DNA of 63,869 bases, filler included, from Octopus bimaculoides (lineage: Eukaryota), in NCBI RefSeq assembly GCF_001194135.2. It is 8 parts of 8 records of this genome, joined end to end, with 100 filler letters (N's around TTAATTAATTAA, not from the genome) between each part and the next. Parts side by side here need not be neighbours in the genome. Positions count along the whole stretch, not along the records: positions 5,515 to 12,692 come from NC_068992.1; positions 12,793 to 42,652 come from NC_068991.1; 6 more parts are not named here. The stretch is one strand, 5' to 3'. The first letter of the stretch is position 1. Each line of letters begins with the position of its first letter. The position numbers and the translations under genes are program-made. Under the pieces are notes generated by a model. That model was not told where the DNA came from. It did no database searches and saw nothing but the letters and a program-made list of their open reading frames with translations. Shown here piece after piece: positions 12,610 to 27,467 of the stretch.

Positions 12610-13009
12610 CACACACACACACACACACGCACATATACTCGTACCTATATATATATATATATATATATATAATGTATATATATATATATATANNNNNNNN
12701 NNNNNNNNNNNNNNNNNNNNNNNNNNNNNNNNNNNNTTAATTAATTAANNNNNNNNNNNNNNNNNNNNNNNNNNNNNNNNNNNNNNNNNNNNCTAACTTT
12801 CCATGAATTTAATATTTGAAAAATTTCTGGATGCTGCTGTCTTATGAAGTTCCCTATATTGTCTTTAAAAGCATGAAATAGAAATAATAAACGGTCCGAC
12901 AACTGATGAGGATTTATCTTCTTTTAGTATTTTGTCTCGAACATTTCTCTCGCGTGTTTACGTATTATTCACTCGTTGGTGATGTCCTGAACACAAATGT
13001 GTATTTTTC

Positions 13010-13057
<48 letters not shown>

Positions 13058-15030
13058 CACGCACACACATATATATGTTTATGTTTGTGTGTGTGTATAC
13101 ATACACAGATAGATATAGATACACACACACACACACATATTTAATGATATATTTGTGAATTAAGGCTACCATTGGTAGGCTGCGTTTTCCAGAATGGAGG
13201 CGAACACCTTTCTCCATGTGATCGGCTTGAAAAATTGCTAAGATACTAGGATATTTTCCTACTTTTCTTAACATGAAATCAATGGTAGCTTAACATATAA
13301 AGAAATTTTATCCACCAATGCGGTGCTGAGCACTCATTTTCAGCATTCGACTTTTACATAAATAATTATATGTGTGTGTGTGTGTAAATTTACATCACGT
13401 GATTACCTGATCGACAAAATTATCGGATTTTTTACATCGCTGGTTACATTGTGTTTTGCTCAAAAGAACTCAACATGCAGCCGGTGTGGGGATCAAAACC
13501 ACGATTTCAAGAACGTGAGTGCAACACACTTAACCACGAGGCCACACGCATTCACACACACGCATACACACACACACACACACGTTTTTATTTACATATA
13601 TACAACTTACACGCATATATTCATATGTATATACGTATGTTGCAATTGAATGTCTTTTTTACTTGTATTATTTTATTCTATACTGCCATATATCTCAGCG
13701 CAACCGCCATTATTGTTCATATTTGTATTCTCCTTTCTTACTGAATACGACCGTTTAAAAATCTATTCTGCGTCATTGTCTTTTTTTCCAGTAGTTACTT
13801 TTTTGTAGCTTCTATTTAAATTTCAAAGAATTAAGATTTAAAATATTTTGACGTGCTGCATCTTCGCTGCTTTTTTTTTGTTTTTTTTTATCACCAGTAT
13901 TTTTCCTTTTCTTATTTTTATGAGAGATTAAAGACCTGCATTGCTGGAAGACGAAAAAAACCCTTATCTATCAAGTTATGAAATTTATAAGTTTCTTTCT
14001 TCTCATAATATTTTATGTAACTGTGTGGCAGTAAGGTAAACTAATGAATAGAATATAGAGTAAGGAAAACGGTTTAGGAATGAGATTAAAATCGGGTTCT
14101 TATCTTCAGTTCTTAGCAACCTGTATCTATTGATTCAATTTTGAGTTTTTCACAGGAGAAATCTTTTGCTGGTGAAAAATTTCTCGGTAGGGCATTATAT
14201 TAGTAAAACGATATACCCTGTGATTAATTTCTAAAACGTCTTCAACAAGTAGAGAAGCCTCTTTGCAGTTACTAAGCTTGCAAGAAATTGCAGCCAAACC
14301 TTCCTAAATACTACCTGACTTACTTATTTCATTTTGGTATGAAGAAATGGTTTGAATGAGTTGCCAACTTTTACATTGATTCTCCACGAGTGAAACGTGA
14401 TTTGTGCTGTTACAACTACATTTACGTATATTAATTATTTTAGTTTAAAATTCCTTTATATCATTTTTATGACGTTTCTTATGTTTGATATGCAACTTTG
14501 CTTAACAGTGTAATCAGGTTATTAAAAAAAGGATAATGAAATGCTATAATTGACACATAACATCACTACGGTTGACAAACAGACCTATGGTAGCTGTGAT
14601 AACTTGACCGTTTTGATTCCGTACTGTCTTGTTTACATAGCAATGTGATGTAAACAAGAAGCCATATGTATCCGTTAGGAAATTAGAACCTTTTAATTTG
14701 GCAACAATTTTTCGAGTATTGTGGGAAATTTTTTAAACCTTGAACAAAGTGCTTCACTTTTGGATGGGTACTTATTAGAAAAAAAATAGTTGACCCTTCG
14801 AGTGTTGTACATATAATATAGATGACAAAATGAAACAAACCGTACCGATTGAGATTGAAAGATAAACAGTTAATTGTTAATAATCGGCAAAAGTCGTTAA
14901 CCATCAATACTAAATCCGCCGATCGTAAAATGAAGTTGATATGTTTTATTTAAAAAAAACAATTGAACTGAACTTTTACATGACAGAAGATAGGAATGGA
15001 AAAGATCTATGAAAGCAATCTTGGAACACA

Positions 15031-15159
<129 letters not shown>

Positions 15160-16383
15160 ACACATACATTATGGCTTAGTGATTTTACTTTTAAATCGGT
15201 GCGGTTTGTTTCCCCTTATCCGCCATATTATTCGTACAAAGTTTGAAAGATCACCTAGTAGTATTCATTTCGTTTTTTCCTTACTGGTTTCAGTAATTGC
15301 CCTGTGGCCATGCTGGAGTACAACTGTGGGAGATTTTTAGTCGATTAACCTCAGTATTATATCAGTTATTTATTTTCAATGACCTCGTAAAAGACATGTA
15401 AATCCAACAAGGTGTGAAAAGAGATGCCGTACATGCAAAAAAAAAAAGATGCCAAGAAAATTATTTTTGTTTGACGCACTATTTATGGATACACATACAT
15501 ACAAACAGAGGTACATGCACATAAACCCACATGCATACATTCTTAATTGGTGCAACGCTCGTTTAAACCTCCTCATTTCAATCATTACAGAGTAATATCT
15601 TGGAAAGTTATCCTCCTCTACTGAATCAGTTGCAACAGAGTTAAGATATATATTTACGTGTGTGTGCACGCGCGTGTGAGTGTGTATGTGTGTTGGAAAA
15701 TTCAAGAGTATTACACGAGTAAATATGAATTAAAAGCAAAAGGAGAAAATGCTTTAACGCTATATCATAATTAAAGGAATTAAAAGGAAGAAAATGTTTA
15801 CATGTTTATCAAAATGTGCTACCGGTTTCAATTGTTTATGGTTTTGTAGTCATGCAATAAGAACAAGGGAAAATAATTTGAATGATAATAAACTTATCTT
15901 TCATGATAACAGTTTTGAAAATTCACTTATCTTTTTTCTTACAAAATTCATATAGTAATTGTTGTTGGTTTCCCTCTAACACCTGCCTGGTCGGAATAGT
16001 TGCAGCACCAGATCACCATTAGCAGTGACAGTTATCTATTGTTTCTTCTTGTGGGAAGCGTAGTAGTAGTTTATTGTTTCTTACTGGCAATGTTGATAAT
16101 TAGAGGTGGCGTCTAATGGTTGCGGAAGTCATACAGTGAGTGTTAGTGGCAGTAGTAGTCTCATTTTTAAATGCAGTACTAACAGCTTAAGCAGTGGTCG
16201 GATAGCACAAAGTAAGCGAAAGTTTTTTTTCTTTTTAATTTTCAGTTTTATAACGTAGTTCATACAAAGATCACCAGCATTTTTTGACTTCCCCGAAATA
16301 TAACTGTTATCTTTTTACTTGACTTGATGTGCACCACGTTTTCATAGAGATGAGAACGACTGTATTAGTGGCATAAATACTGC

Positions 16384-16595
16384 TTTCAAATTTTGGCACA
16401 AGCCCAGTAATTTTGGGAGAGGGGCAAAGTCAATGAGATTGACCCTAGTCTTCAGCTGGTACTTATTCTATCGACCCCGAAAGGATGAAAGGCAAAGTCG
16501 ACATCCGCGGAATTCGAACTCAGAACGATAACATGGACTAAATGTCACTAAGCATTTTGCCCGGCATGCTAACAGTTCTACCAGCTCACCGCCTT
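16384..16595 (-). mobile_element. SINE family 2, near full length
   Basis: Head AAGGCGGTGAGCTGGTAGAA, central motif, tail TTGTGCCAAAATTTGAAA. Confidence 0.8.
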
Positions 16596-18643
16596 CATAA
16601 ATATTGGCATAACTATCGAGACTTTGTTTTCATGTATTGGTAGGTAGCGGTAGGGTAGCACCAATTTCTCTTTTGGCTTTTGACAAACAGTCGAAAATGG
16701 TAGGTATGATATTCAAGCATAAAAAAACCGGCTCAAACAGGAACTGAAACCGGATCATAGATTTTCCTTCTATTGACTTTATCTTAGTTCAAAGATAGCT
16801 CACTAAATACACCACTAAAGATATTGAAAATCACTAATATTTTTAACCGGAACCCATAGTTGTCATAGATTGCCATTATTATATCTATTACGCTAGCTTC
16901 AGAAAACGAGGCTTTATTTTTTTCATGATATCAGACTTTTGGTTGAATGTAAAAAAAAAAAAAAAAAAAATAAAATTAACAATGATTGCTTTATAGTCTG
17001 ATTTACCAATTATTGACCGAAGATAGCAGAAAGAAATCTCCAACTGGAATGGATTATGTGCCTTCAGACGAAGATCGACTAGCTTCTAAAATAAGTATCT
17101 AGTGGACTGTCCGCTTGTTACGTGCTGTAGTCTGCAATCATGTAGCATTAAATGTGTATGGGAGTAAATAAAAGTAAAGTATGGCAGAACACTTGAACGG
17201 ACAATCATAGCCGGCTCCGAGCGAGAGCCGGTCGATCGTTCACCGTAATTTTGTAGAACGTAAATTGTAGACGACCGTTTGGAAATAATGTTCAACGTGA
17301 CGTGAAACGGTGGTACAACACAATAAAGATTATCATGAGAAGAGTATGGTAAGTAAAATAAAACTAGACTATTGAGTAAAGTGTCTATGGATAAAACGAA
17401 AAGTAGAATGAAATAGCTAGGTGTCCAAATGATTAGCAATCAATAGCACCCGTTTGGTAAAGTTGTAAAGACATATGGCAGCCATTTTGAAAAGGAAAAT
17501 CTATATGGAAGATAATAGCTTTCTAAAAATATTAAAAATGCAGCTGAAATTTATGGAGTCGCTCGACTTGAAAAATAAATAAATAAACAAAATAAAAAGG
17601 TCCGTGGGAGATTTATACATTACAAATTCGTTCATCTCGCTAAATATTGGTGAGTAGGGATGGTTTGGTTGCGTGGGAGATATGAAATAATATTAATCTG
17701 AATATACTGAGCGCATTTTCACAACACACACTCCTACTGCCAAGACCTGCTGGGCAGTTGAATTATTTCCCACTCAATGGGTATTGTTCATAATAAAAGC
17801 CTTCGATAGAGCAATAACTGGCGTGTTTGTCTACGTCGTGCCGCACTCACGTGACAAGTAGAAATATTCAATGTGTTGTTATTAATAATACTATTATTAT
17901 CATGCGTAACCCACCTACACCGCCCCAGCACATATACTTCATTGCATTGATGCTCAACATATGCACGCAAATGTATAAAAACAGAGGCAGGCGTACACAT
18001 ACATACATACATATATACATATGTGTGTGTGTGTATGTGTGTGTGTATGTGTATGGAGAGAATGTACTAAGAGGGAAAGAAAGATGGCAGTGAATGGGAG
18101 AGAGAGATGGCGAGTAGGAGAGAGAGAGAGTGAGCAAGAAAAAGAGAGAGTGAGTTAAAAATAGACAAAAAGTTTCTGTACGTGGATGTTTATATATCAA
18201 TATATGTATATGTACTTAGCACTTTAGAGCAGGTGTAAACACATCCGCTGAGAAGATTCTGCGACGCAGTGTCGATTGTCAGTCGTACAGTAATTTCACA
18301 TAACTTATAGCCCATGTTCATGGGAAAGGCATTAGTTCCTCAACATCCCATTTTCCACTAACCTGTAAATTCGAGACATTGCAACTATATAAGAAACAAA
18401 TATTTGCAAGCATTTAGAAATGGTGCAAGATTAAATACGCAAATACACACACACACACACACGTATGCACAAACAGAAACAAACAACCGCACACAGACAT
18501 ATACATATATATACATATATAAATGAGCACATATATACACACATACATATAAACATGTATAGATGTGGACAGAAATTTGAGTATATTTGAGAGCAGATTG
18601 TAACAGAAAGACGGTCATGCTAGTTCCTTAAGCAACAGTGATA

Positions 18644-18694
<51 letters not shown>

Positions 18695-19695
18695 GCTACT
18701 ACTACTGCTGCTGCTCCTCCTTCTTCTTCTGCTGCTGCTGCTGCTAACGTAGTTGATCACTCAATCAGCAATGATTTCTGGGTTTTTCTCTATTAGAATA
18801 TATTCCGACGGACAAACATCCCGAATTTAAGTGAAAGTGGACATCCGTCTCTTTCGACGATGAAAATTCAGTTGCTCGAGTAACTGGAGCAGAAACTCGT
18901 TCAATTAAAATTTAAAGTGGTTGACTCTTCCTCAAACAACAGTACACTTAACGTAATCCTCCAACAGAAGCAAGGTGATACAGTGTGTGACAAGGCTGGA
19001 CCTACATGAATTACAGGTACAATCCTTCCGAGAGGATTCCGTTCAGTTTCCGCCAACACAGTTTCATTCCCAGAATCGTAGCGATTTCTCCACTACTATG
19101 ACAGTAAGTCACATAGCCGTGAGTTAGTGTTAAAAGTAACTTATACAGAGACCATAATAAAGACCAGCTGGAAAATATTGAGAATGAAGATGATGGTAGT
19201 AGTAGTAGTAGTAGTAGTAGTAGTTGTTGTTGTTGTTGTTGTTGTTTTTGTTATTGCTACTGCTGTTGCTAAGTAGTATTGTTTCAAGTCTTTCAGGAAG
19301 TACGGGAGACAATTCTGCATTGGCACGAAACATATTTTGATGCCAGAAACCAATTAGTTATTGAAAACCATCGTTGTTTTGATGTTCTTTTTTTTTTCTT
19401 GGTTCATAGAGAAGATAACTTATCGAATGGCTCTGAAACGTCTCTTTCTCGGGAACATCATACATATATCTAGGAAGATATTACTCCAATGGATTTTTCG
19501 TGATATTTTTCAGGATGGTAAAATGTAATTTAGGGCAAATTTAGCTTCTCTTTTTGTAGATCAAACGCTGGAAAACAGCAGGACTGGTGACCCCTATTTT
19601 AGTTCTAAGGGGGAATTAGAAGTTCATACACATCTATCGAGCAACATTTGTGTAGAAAAAAATGTATTTTTAATTTTTAGAAATTCATAAGTATA

Positions 19696-20063
19696 GGCAC
19701 AGGTGTGGCTATCTGGTAAGAAAATTGCTTCACAACCACATAGTTCCAGGTTCAGTCTCACTGCCTGACATCTTGGACAAGTGACTTCTATTATAACTCC
19801 AGACCGACCAAAGACTTGCAAGTGGATTTTGTAGACGGAAACTGAAAGAAGCCCGTCGTATATGTGTGTGTTTGTGCTTGTTCCCCCACCACCGCTTGAC
19901 ACCCACTGATGGTGTGTTAAGTCCAAGTAACATTAGCGGTTGGATAAAAGAGAACGATAAAATAAGTACTAGGTTTGAAAAAATTAGCCCCTGGGGTCAT
20001 TTTGTTCACCTAAAACCCTTCAAGACTCCAGCACGTTAGCAGTCAAATGACCGAAACAAGAGA
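19696..20063 (+). mobile_element. SINE family 1 copy
   Basis: Colinear with the 25153-25569 element, head to tail. Confidence 0.8.
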
Positions 20064-20084
20064 TGAATGCAATGTAAGCTCATC

Positions 20085-20295
20085 ATTAACTCCGTTTCTT
20101 TTAAGTCTTATTTTCTCAATCAGTCACGAATGCATTATCCTTCGTTGTTCACGATTTATTGCCAACTCTTCACTTACTTGTCAATACCTTGACGGAAGAA
20201 ATCACTGAGGCCAGGTCTTGATTTGAAGAATTCATCGAGCTACGTTTTCAGCACAGCGTCGTTGTTGAACGTTGCAGTTTGTCGGAGAGCAACTG
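20085..20295 (-). mobile_element. Mariner transposase 3' fragment
   Basis: FNNDAVLKT*LDEFFKSRP..FFRQGIDK*VKSWQ*IVNNEG is a typical mariner C-terminus with stops. Confidence 0.7.
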
Positions 20296-20301
20296 AAAAA
20301 A

Positions 20302-20448
20302 GGCGCAGGCGTGGCTGTGTGGTAAGAAACTTGCTTCCCAACTACATGGTTCCGGGTTCAGTCCCACTGCATGGCACCTCTATAACCTGGGACTGACCAA
20401 AGCCTTGTGAGTGGATTTGATAGATGGATCCTGAAAGAAGCCCGTCGT
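20302..20448 (+). mobile_element. SINE family 1, 5' half
   Basis: GGCGCAGGCGTGGCTGTGTGGTAAG...GAAAGAAGCCCGTCGTAT. Confidence 0.8.
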
Positions 20449-23382
20449 ATATATATATATATATATATNNNNNNNNNNNNNNNNNNNNNNNNNNNNNNNN
20501 NNNNNNNNNNNNNNNNNNNNNNNNNNNNNNNNNNNNNNNNNNNNNNNNNNNNNNNNNNNNNNNNNNNNNNNNNNNNNNNNNNNNNNNNNNNNNNNNNNNN
20601 NNNNNNNNNNNNNNNNNNNNNNNNNNNNNNNNNNNNNNNNNNNNNNNNNNNNNNNNNNNNNNNNNNNNNNNNNNNNNNNNNNNNNNNNNNNNNNNNNNNN
20701 NNNNNNNNNNNNNNNNNNNNNNNNNNNNNNNNNNNNNNNNNNNNNNNNNNNNNNNNNNNNNNNNNNNNNNNNNNNNNNNNNNNNNNNNNNNNNNNNNNNN
20801 NNNNNNNNNNNNNNNNNNNNNNNNNNNNNNNNNNNNNNNNNNNNNAATTTTCTGTATCTTTGTACTCCGTGTAGATTATATTTATACATGAATATTCTTA
20901 GCCTGAATTTTGACACCTTGATTGAAAACGAAGAGAATCAGTGATCGAAATTGCTCATTTTTTCTCCTTGGTACTTCATCATTATATGTCTGAAAGAAGG
21001 CAAAAATTTATTCAATTTTCAAAGACAATAAATAAAAGTCGTAGAGGAAGAATAAAGCTAAACGAAAAAACAAAAATAAAAGCAAAACAAAAGACAAGAC
21101 ACAATGATGAAAATATTTTTCGTATTAATTCAAATAACATTGGAAAGAAACGAACGAATTTATCTGACAACCCTATGTTTGAAATTACTCTTTCAGTTTG
21201 AGGACAACTATTTTTTTCTTTTCATGTAGGTTTTTAGAAACTTGAGAGTGGGTGGTTTTAAATTTAGAAATAGGTCAGAAATTCCTCACCATTGATATGG
21301 AGACACCTTCGTTTACTGAAGTAAAATACGACCATCTGGCGACACGTTACGTCGTTACAGTAAGTTAAGCACAAATCGATTGCAATTTCGTTGACCGTGA
21401 TACGAAACTATATCTATGGAGCAGTAGAATGTGTGAAGTTTAGTTTCCGTTTAGTATTTCTGTGGTAAAAATAATTGTATGTCTTCCGCACAAAAATAGA
21501 CGCCAATGGTAAATATAGAAATATATCAATGGTATTGATTTTTGTAGTAAAGCATACATCAATGATACTATTTTAGTCTAAGTTGTAAATCGCATATTGT
21601 GTTTTTCCTTCCCTTCTTATTTTTACTGATTTGTAACAATGGTACCACAAGCATCTGTAATACCACTCAATACAGCAACCTAAACTATACACCAAGCACC
21701 ATTGTTGTCATTTACAGTGCCTGATTTAAGCATAAACTAAACGACAGCTTAAGGCCTCATGATCCACAGGAGCTGACTAAATAACAGTCATGTTTTTCCA
21801 TTTTTCTGAAGCATTCCGGTGTAATTTTCAGGTTTTATGTAACATAGTGCCTCAGTAAATCTAATCCGCGCATGTCTTTTATTCAGCCAAATACTGCTCT
21901 TAAAGATTTCTTTGGTAAAGTGTACATATTTCGTACGTTGAGAAACCAAACATCAAAATATCCGAAAATCAATGTCGGTATTGTTGTTGTTTAGCACTAG
22001 GTCAGTCTTGACTGAACGGTGATTATTTTGTTTTTTGAAGTGTGTGATCTCAAGAAGATTTGGTTGCTATTTCCAGCTTGTCAAGTAATATGTAGAAGCT
22101 TCCTTATCCGCTCACTGTTCATTATACCACTATAATCTACACATTGTTGCTCTTTGATCCATTTATAAAATGTAATCAGTGAACTGCAGTTCACTAGAAA
22201 ACGGCTGCAAATCTGAAGAGTAACAACAGTGGGTTGGAGCAAAATCAATCCTAGTTTGTTACCAGCATTTATTCTATCAAAGCTTCGAAGAATTAAAAGC
22301 AAAGCCGACACCAAGGAGGCAATATATATATAGAAACAGCTGTCGGATTTATCCCACCATACCTTCTCCTCTTAATTTTCTGTGTCTTTGTACTCTGTGT
22401 ATATATCTATATATTTAATCGTTAATATTCGGTTTCAAGGGTCAACAGTAAGGATATGTCATGGTGGTTATCACAGAACTGTCTGTTCTACTTCTGTTTG
22501 TGGATGTGGATCATTGAAAGATTACAGAATCTTCGTGGGAGTTTGTCATCGTGCCAGATAGACTGGAACGGTCTCGTCGAATTTTGATGCAAAATTGGTC
22601 CTCCGGGACTCGTAAATTTACGCTGGTATGGCATCTGATCCAAGAGTTTGGTTATTCCACTATTGCTCGTTGTCTTGTGCCTCTTCTATGTTAGTCAAAT
22701 GATTGTCTAGTACGGAGTTGATTTCAATTTAAGACTGTTGTGAATTTGCAACTCCATTTATTTTTGAAAGAGACTGAGGATTATATCGAAGTATTCGAGA
22801 CCTGCAAATTCGTTAGCATTTCGGAGAGGTGCAATTCTTGTGTATTGAGAACTACAACACCACAACACGTGTCTGCGATTTGCGTTTCGGCTTTCGAAGT
22901 TAATGAATTCGTACGAAGTAAACACAATTTTTACATGCAATATAGTTGTTGTTGCTGTTTAACTCCAAATCAGCCCAGAGAATGCAAATCTATGATTGAA
23001 GGTTTACCAGTCGCGACCACTCCACTGTTTTCATGGATAGTGTTATATCTAGGACGACAGTGCCAATAACCGCTACACATCATATACGGAAGAAATGATT
23101 GAATAGGTTAAGTCGCCACTGGCCAGATTTCGAACTGCAAAAGTGAGGCATTGAAATTCGATATATTAATTTCGCAGTTGTTCGTTTTGCGTGCTCGGTG
23201 CTTTCCAGTGATTCCACGAGATTATAAGCCGCACCCGTTTTTCACACTGGAATATATGTTGACGACAGCAGCAGCATCAAGCCAACGATGATGACAAATT
23301 GACAATAACAGCAACAACAGCTCCGACAAGCGATGGCATCTGTGATGACGACGATGCCGATGGCATTTATGAACAATGGATG

Positions 23383-23426
<44 letters not shown>

Positions 23427-23680
23427 NNNNNNNNNNNNNNNNNNNNNNNNNNNNNNNNNNNNNNNNNNNNNNNNNNNNNNNNNNNNNNNNNNNNNNNNNN
23501 NNNNNNNNNNNNNNNNNNNNNNNNNNATATGCATACACATACATCCATATGTACACACAAACATACAAACACTTATATACACTCACACTAATATAATATA
23601 TATAAATATATGTAGATATTTAAGAACATATCCAAATAAAGATACATATATATATGTATATGTATGTGTGTGTGTGTATG

Positions 23681-23712
<32 letters not shown>

Positions 23713-23811
23713 TCCAATAGAAGTAGAATGAACAAAAAAATTACTCCATTCAGTGAGAGATAAATAATTTAAATACACAACCGAAAGAGCTACTAATAGT
23801 TTCATGCTTTT

Positions 23812-24363
23812 TGATACTTGAACAAGCATTTTTTTTAATACACCATGTATTTTAAGGCAATTTTTCTGGTTTTGTTTATGCGTTATATATATATATTTAA
23901 AAAACAGGGATGCTGGACAGTAACAAAACGAGAGAAAAAAATGTAGAAAAAATGCGAAGAAGGTTGGTGTAAAAAATGGAACGAGAAAGCTCAGTAAATA
24001 CAACTACTTTAGAACAAAATAGCATGGACAGGTTCCTTTTATCGAATTGGAGGGCACCACCCTCTTCGGACTGTCTTCTCGTAGATTTTGATATATTTTC
24101 TGTTATTTTGTTCTAAACCAGTTGTATTTAATGAGCTTTCTGCAACCAGGGAGGCCGAGGATCTTAGTTTTCTTGATTTCGTTTATTTTTTCTCGTTCCA
24201 TTTTATGCACCAACCTTCTTCACGGTTTCTCCACGCTTTTTGTTTCTTATTTTCTTACTGCCCAACATCCTTGTTTTTAAAATATATATAATGTTTAAAC
24301 ATATTCTGAAAGGCTACTTTAAGATATATGGCGTATTTTATAAATATGCCTGTTCAAGTATCA
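23812..24363. repeat. Diverged long inverted repeat (fold-back/MITE-like), arms about 175 bp
   Basis: 23812-23988 aligns to the reverse complement of 24189-24363 (TGATACTTGAACA, GAAGAAGGTTGGTG, ATGGAACGAGAAA) with many substitutions. Confidence 0.7.
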
Positions 24364-25152
24364 TAATGTAGTTGTCTGGTCCAAAGGCGCATAAATAGTG
24401 TCGTATCTGTATAGATACCTACATATAAATAGAAAGATATCTTCAGAGATACCTATATCGATGTGTGCGTCTTCGAGGCTTAGTCTATTGTTTGGTGTCA
24501 GCATAGAGCATTCTTCGATTTAATTGGATGAATTCTTATTACCAGACAGAAGAATATAAGTAACAATACGACAAATCCCACTCCTCGAACTCCCAGCCAA
24601 TATCTCTGACATTAATTGTCCCCAAACTCCTGTAGAAAATTACGATGTTGGCAAGGCACTTCATTTCGGGTTGCACCAGACTATTCATCTGAAAATGAAT
24701 ATCCTCCCCGTGCTTTACTCTTGTCAAAAGATGACTCATGTCAACGGAATCAGGTCTTTAGATTTAGAGACTATTGTCATACACTCTTAGTATTTTTCTA
24801 AGGAATCTTGCAGTGTAAAGCAGAGGTTTTCAACAACTCCACAACTCTGAATCTCACTCGTTACGTTTCCCACTCTTGTGAAAGCTTGTGTTTTTTCGTT
24901 TTGTTTTCTATAACGACAGAAATAATTTTCTCCCCAACATCCTAGAATTTTATCAGTCACCAAACCAAATCAAGTTCCTTGTGTAGCTACGGAGGTTTCT
25001 CAATAAAATAGCTCTTATCATTTGACTATGGTGTGTGACACAGCAAAATGCTGTTAAACACAGTTACAGTCATTTTGCTGGGTGGTATATATTCTTTGTA
25101 TAGGTTGCAGAAGCTGCGTTATGTGTTTCAAAGTTGGGAGGAGTTTGTATAG

Positions 25153-25569
25153 TTACTCTTTTACTCTTTTACTTGTTTCAGTCATTTGACTGTGGCCATG
25201 CTGGAGCACCGCCTTTAGTCGAGCAAATCGACCCCAGGACTTATTCTATGTAAGCCTAGTACTTATTCTATCGCTCTCTTATGCCGAACCGCTAAGTTAC
25301 GGGGACGTAAACACACCAGCATCAGTTGTCAAGCGATGTTGGGGGGACAAACACAGACACACAAATACATACACACACACAAACATATACATATATACAT
25401 ATATACGACGGGCTTCTTTCAGTTTCCGTCTACCAAATACACTCACAAGGCTTTGGTCAGCCCGAGGCTATAGTAGAAGACACTTGCCCAAGGTGCCACG
25501 CAGTGGGACTGAACCTGGAACCATGTGGTTGGTAAGCAAGCTACTTACCATACAGCCACTCCTACGCCT
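25153..25569 (-). mobile_element. tRNA-derived SINE, family 1, near full length
   Basis: Head AGGCGTAGGAGTGGCTGTATGGTAAG with B-box GGTTCAGTCCC, internal microsatellite, and (AAAGAGT)n-like tail. Confidence 0.85.
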
Positions 25570-25784
25570 ATGTGTAAATTATGTTAATAACTTTATAGCC
25601 AGACGAAGATCGTGTAGAAACTAAGTTGAGTAAAGTGTGTTAAGTATTTTAAAATTGAAATGCGCTGTGTGAGGTAAGATAGGTGTTTCAATATCAGTGA
25701 TGGAAATTGTGCTTCGTATGTGTGGTGTGAAGAGTGCTGAATATTGTGTCGCTGATTATGTGCTATGCAGATTGTATAATATGG

Positions 25785-26135
25785 ACTTCGAATTTTGCCA
25801 CAAGGCCAGCAATTTCGGGGGAGGGTGGGGCGGAGGTGCTAAATTGATCATATCGACCACAGAGTTCAACCGATACTTATTTTATTGACCCTGAAAGGAT
25901 GAAAGGCAAAGTAAACTCAGGCGAAATTTGAACTCATAATGTGAAGACGGACGTGCTCATGATGTTGTTTTCAAATTTTGGCACAAGGCCAGCAATTTCG
26001 GTAGGGGGGCGGTTAAGTCGGTTACATCGTCCCCAGTGCTCAACTGGTACTTATTTTATCAACCCCGAAAGGAGGGAAAGCGAAGTCGACCTTGACGGAA
26101 TTTGAACTCAGGACGTAAAAACGGGTGAAATGCCG
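25785..26135 (-). mobile_element. Two tandem SINE family 2 copies
   Basis: CACAAGGCCAGCAATTTCGG occurs at about 25800 and about 25983, each followed by the CCC-GAAAGGA--GAAAG motif. Confidence 0.75.
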
Positions 26136-27467
26136 AGAGTACAATACTGCAATTTATTGGTCTCAGAGGATTCCTATCCGGAGGAATTCATAGAGACAAT
26201 TGATAAGCGACTTTTTTTCTTGACTGGCTAAGAATAATTAGTGGAGAATTACAGTTTTCAGCAACTCTACTGAAAATTATCGAGTTTAATTATTAGGACT
26301 CCTACCATATGAAAAATAATAGTTAAGTTAGTGTTACTATATTTAATGTAGCAGACATTAAAAACCTAATTAGCGTGCTGTTTGTTTGTTTTTTATATTG
26401 ATGGCTGTCTGAGTAATTAACCTCAGTAATTTTATAAAACCACAAAGGCACAACTATGTATGTATGTATGTATGTATGTATGTATGTATGTATGTGTGGG
26501 TGTGTATGTGTGTGCGTGTGTGTGTGTATATGTATATGTATGTATACATACATTCAAAGATACATACATATGTGTGTGTCGGAGTGTGTGTGTGTATGTG
26601 TGTGGGAGTGTTGTGTGTGTGTGTGTGTGTGTGTGTATTCTAGGCTTGTTTCAACAAGCACAGAACCATTTCACCTTTTCTCTCTCCCCTACTCATCTTC
26701 ATTATTTTATCTCCCACCTTCATTCACACTTTTCCTCAAATTATAAGTATCATTAATTTACACAATTAGTATTCCTAATTACTAGATAGTATTCCCTTTA
26801 TCCCATTCCTAATGATACCTTCTCTCCTCTGCTCCCTTTTAGATGATGATCGCTGTAACATTGCTGCTGGTGTAGTTGTTGATACTGACAGTGAAGATCC
26901 GAGTAGCGGTAATAGTGGAGGTGTGGTGATAGCAGTTGCAAGCATAGGTAGTATTGTTGTCAGCGGTGGTGAAGGTGGTGGTAGTACTGGTGATAGTGTT
27001 GTTGGTGCTGTTGTTAGAAATTGTGCTGGTGGTAGTAGTATGGTGGAAGTGACAGTGGTTGTGAAGTTAGCATTGTTATAGTTGTTGGTGCCGTTAGCGA
27101 TAGTCGTGATGTTATAGTGACGCTGTTAGTCGTGGTGGTGCAGCAACAATAGCTTGTTAACAATATCAGAATCAGAAACAACTTTCGTTTTTCTCAATTT
27201 ATATGATTTGAAAGTCAGATGAAGTGACTGAAGACCCAATCAAAGTTATCTACCAATATAATACAAAAAGGAAAAATTCATGTTGGTGCAGATATATGTG
27301 AATAAACAATAGCTTCTATAATTTTGAGAAATAATAATGGTGGAAATTTCATCAGTCACTAATTTATGATGTTGAATGTGCCTTCAAATTCAAATACCAT
27401 ATTCCTGTTTATCTCATCTTTCTCAATCAATATATTAATGTTGTTGCATATTAGTGTTACTGTAGAT

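Noticed and set aside
13455-13552. tRNA-like sequence (A/B boxes, minus strand); also the heads at 20302, 25500 and 61583
   Set aside because: No complete cloverleaf; these are SINE heads rather than tRNA genes.
17040-17355. GC-richer island ending in a G/GTAAGT donor at 17349
   Set aside because: Plus frames contain stops and no acceptor or start is supportable; a non-coding exon cannot be shown from sequence alone.
24539-24739. Minus-strand ORF with a TTTTCTACAG acceptor-like site
   Set aside because: No convincing donor and no recognisable peptide.
26812-27150. Gly/Val/Ser-rich ORF
   Set aside because: Degenerate (GGT/GTT)n; low complexity explains the open frame.
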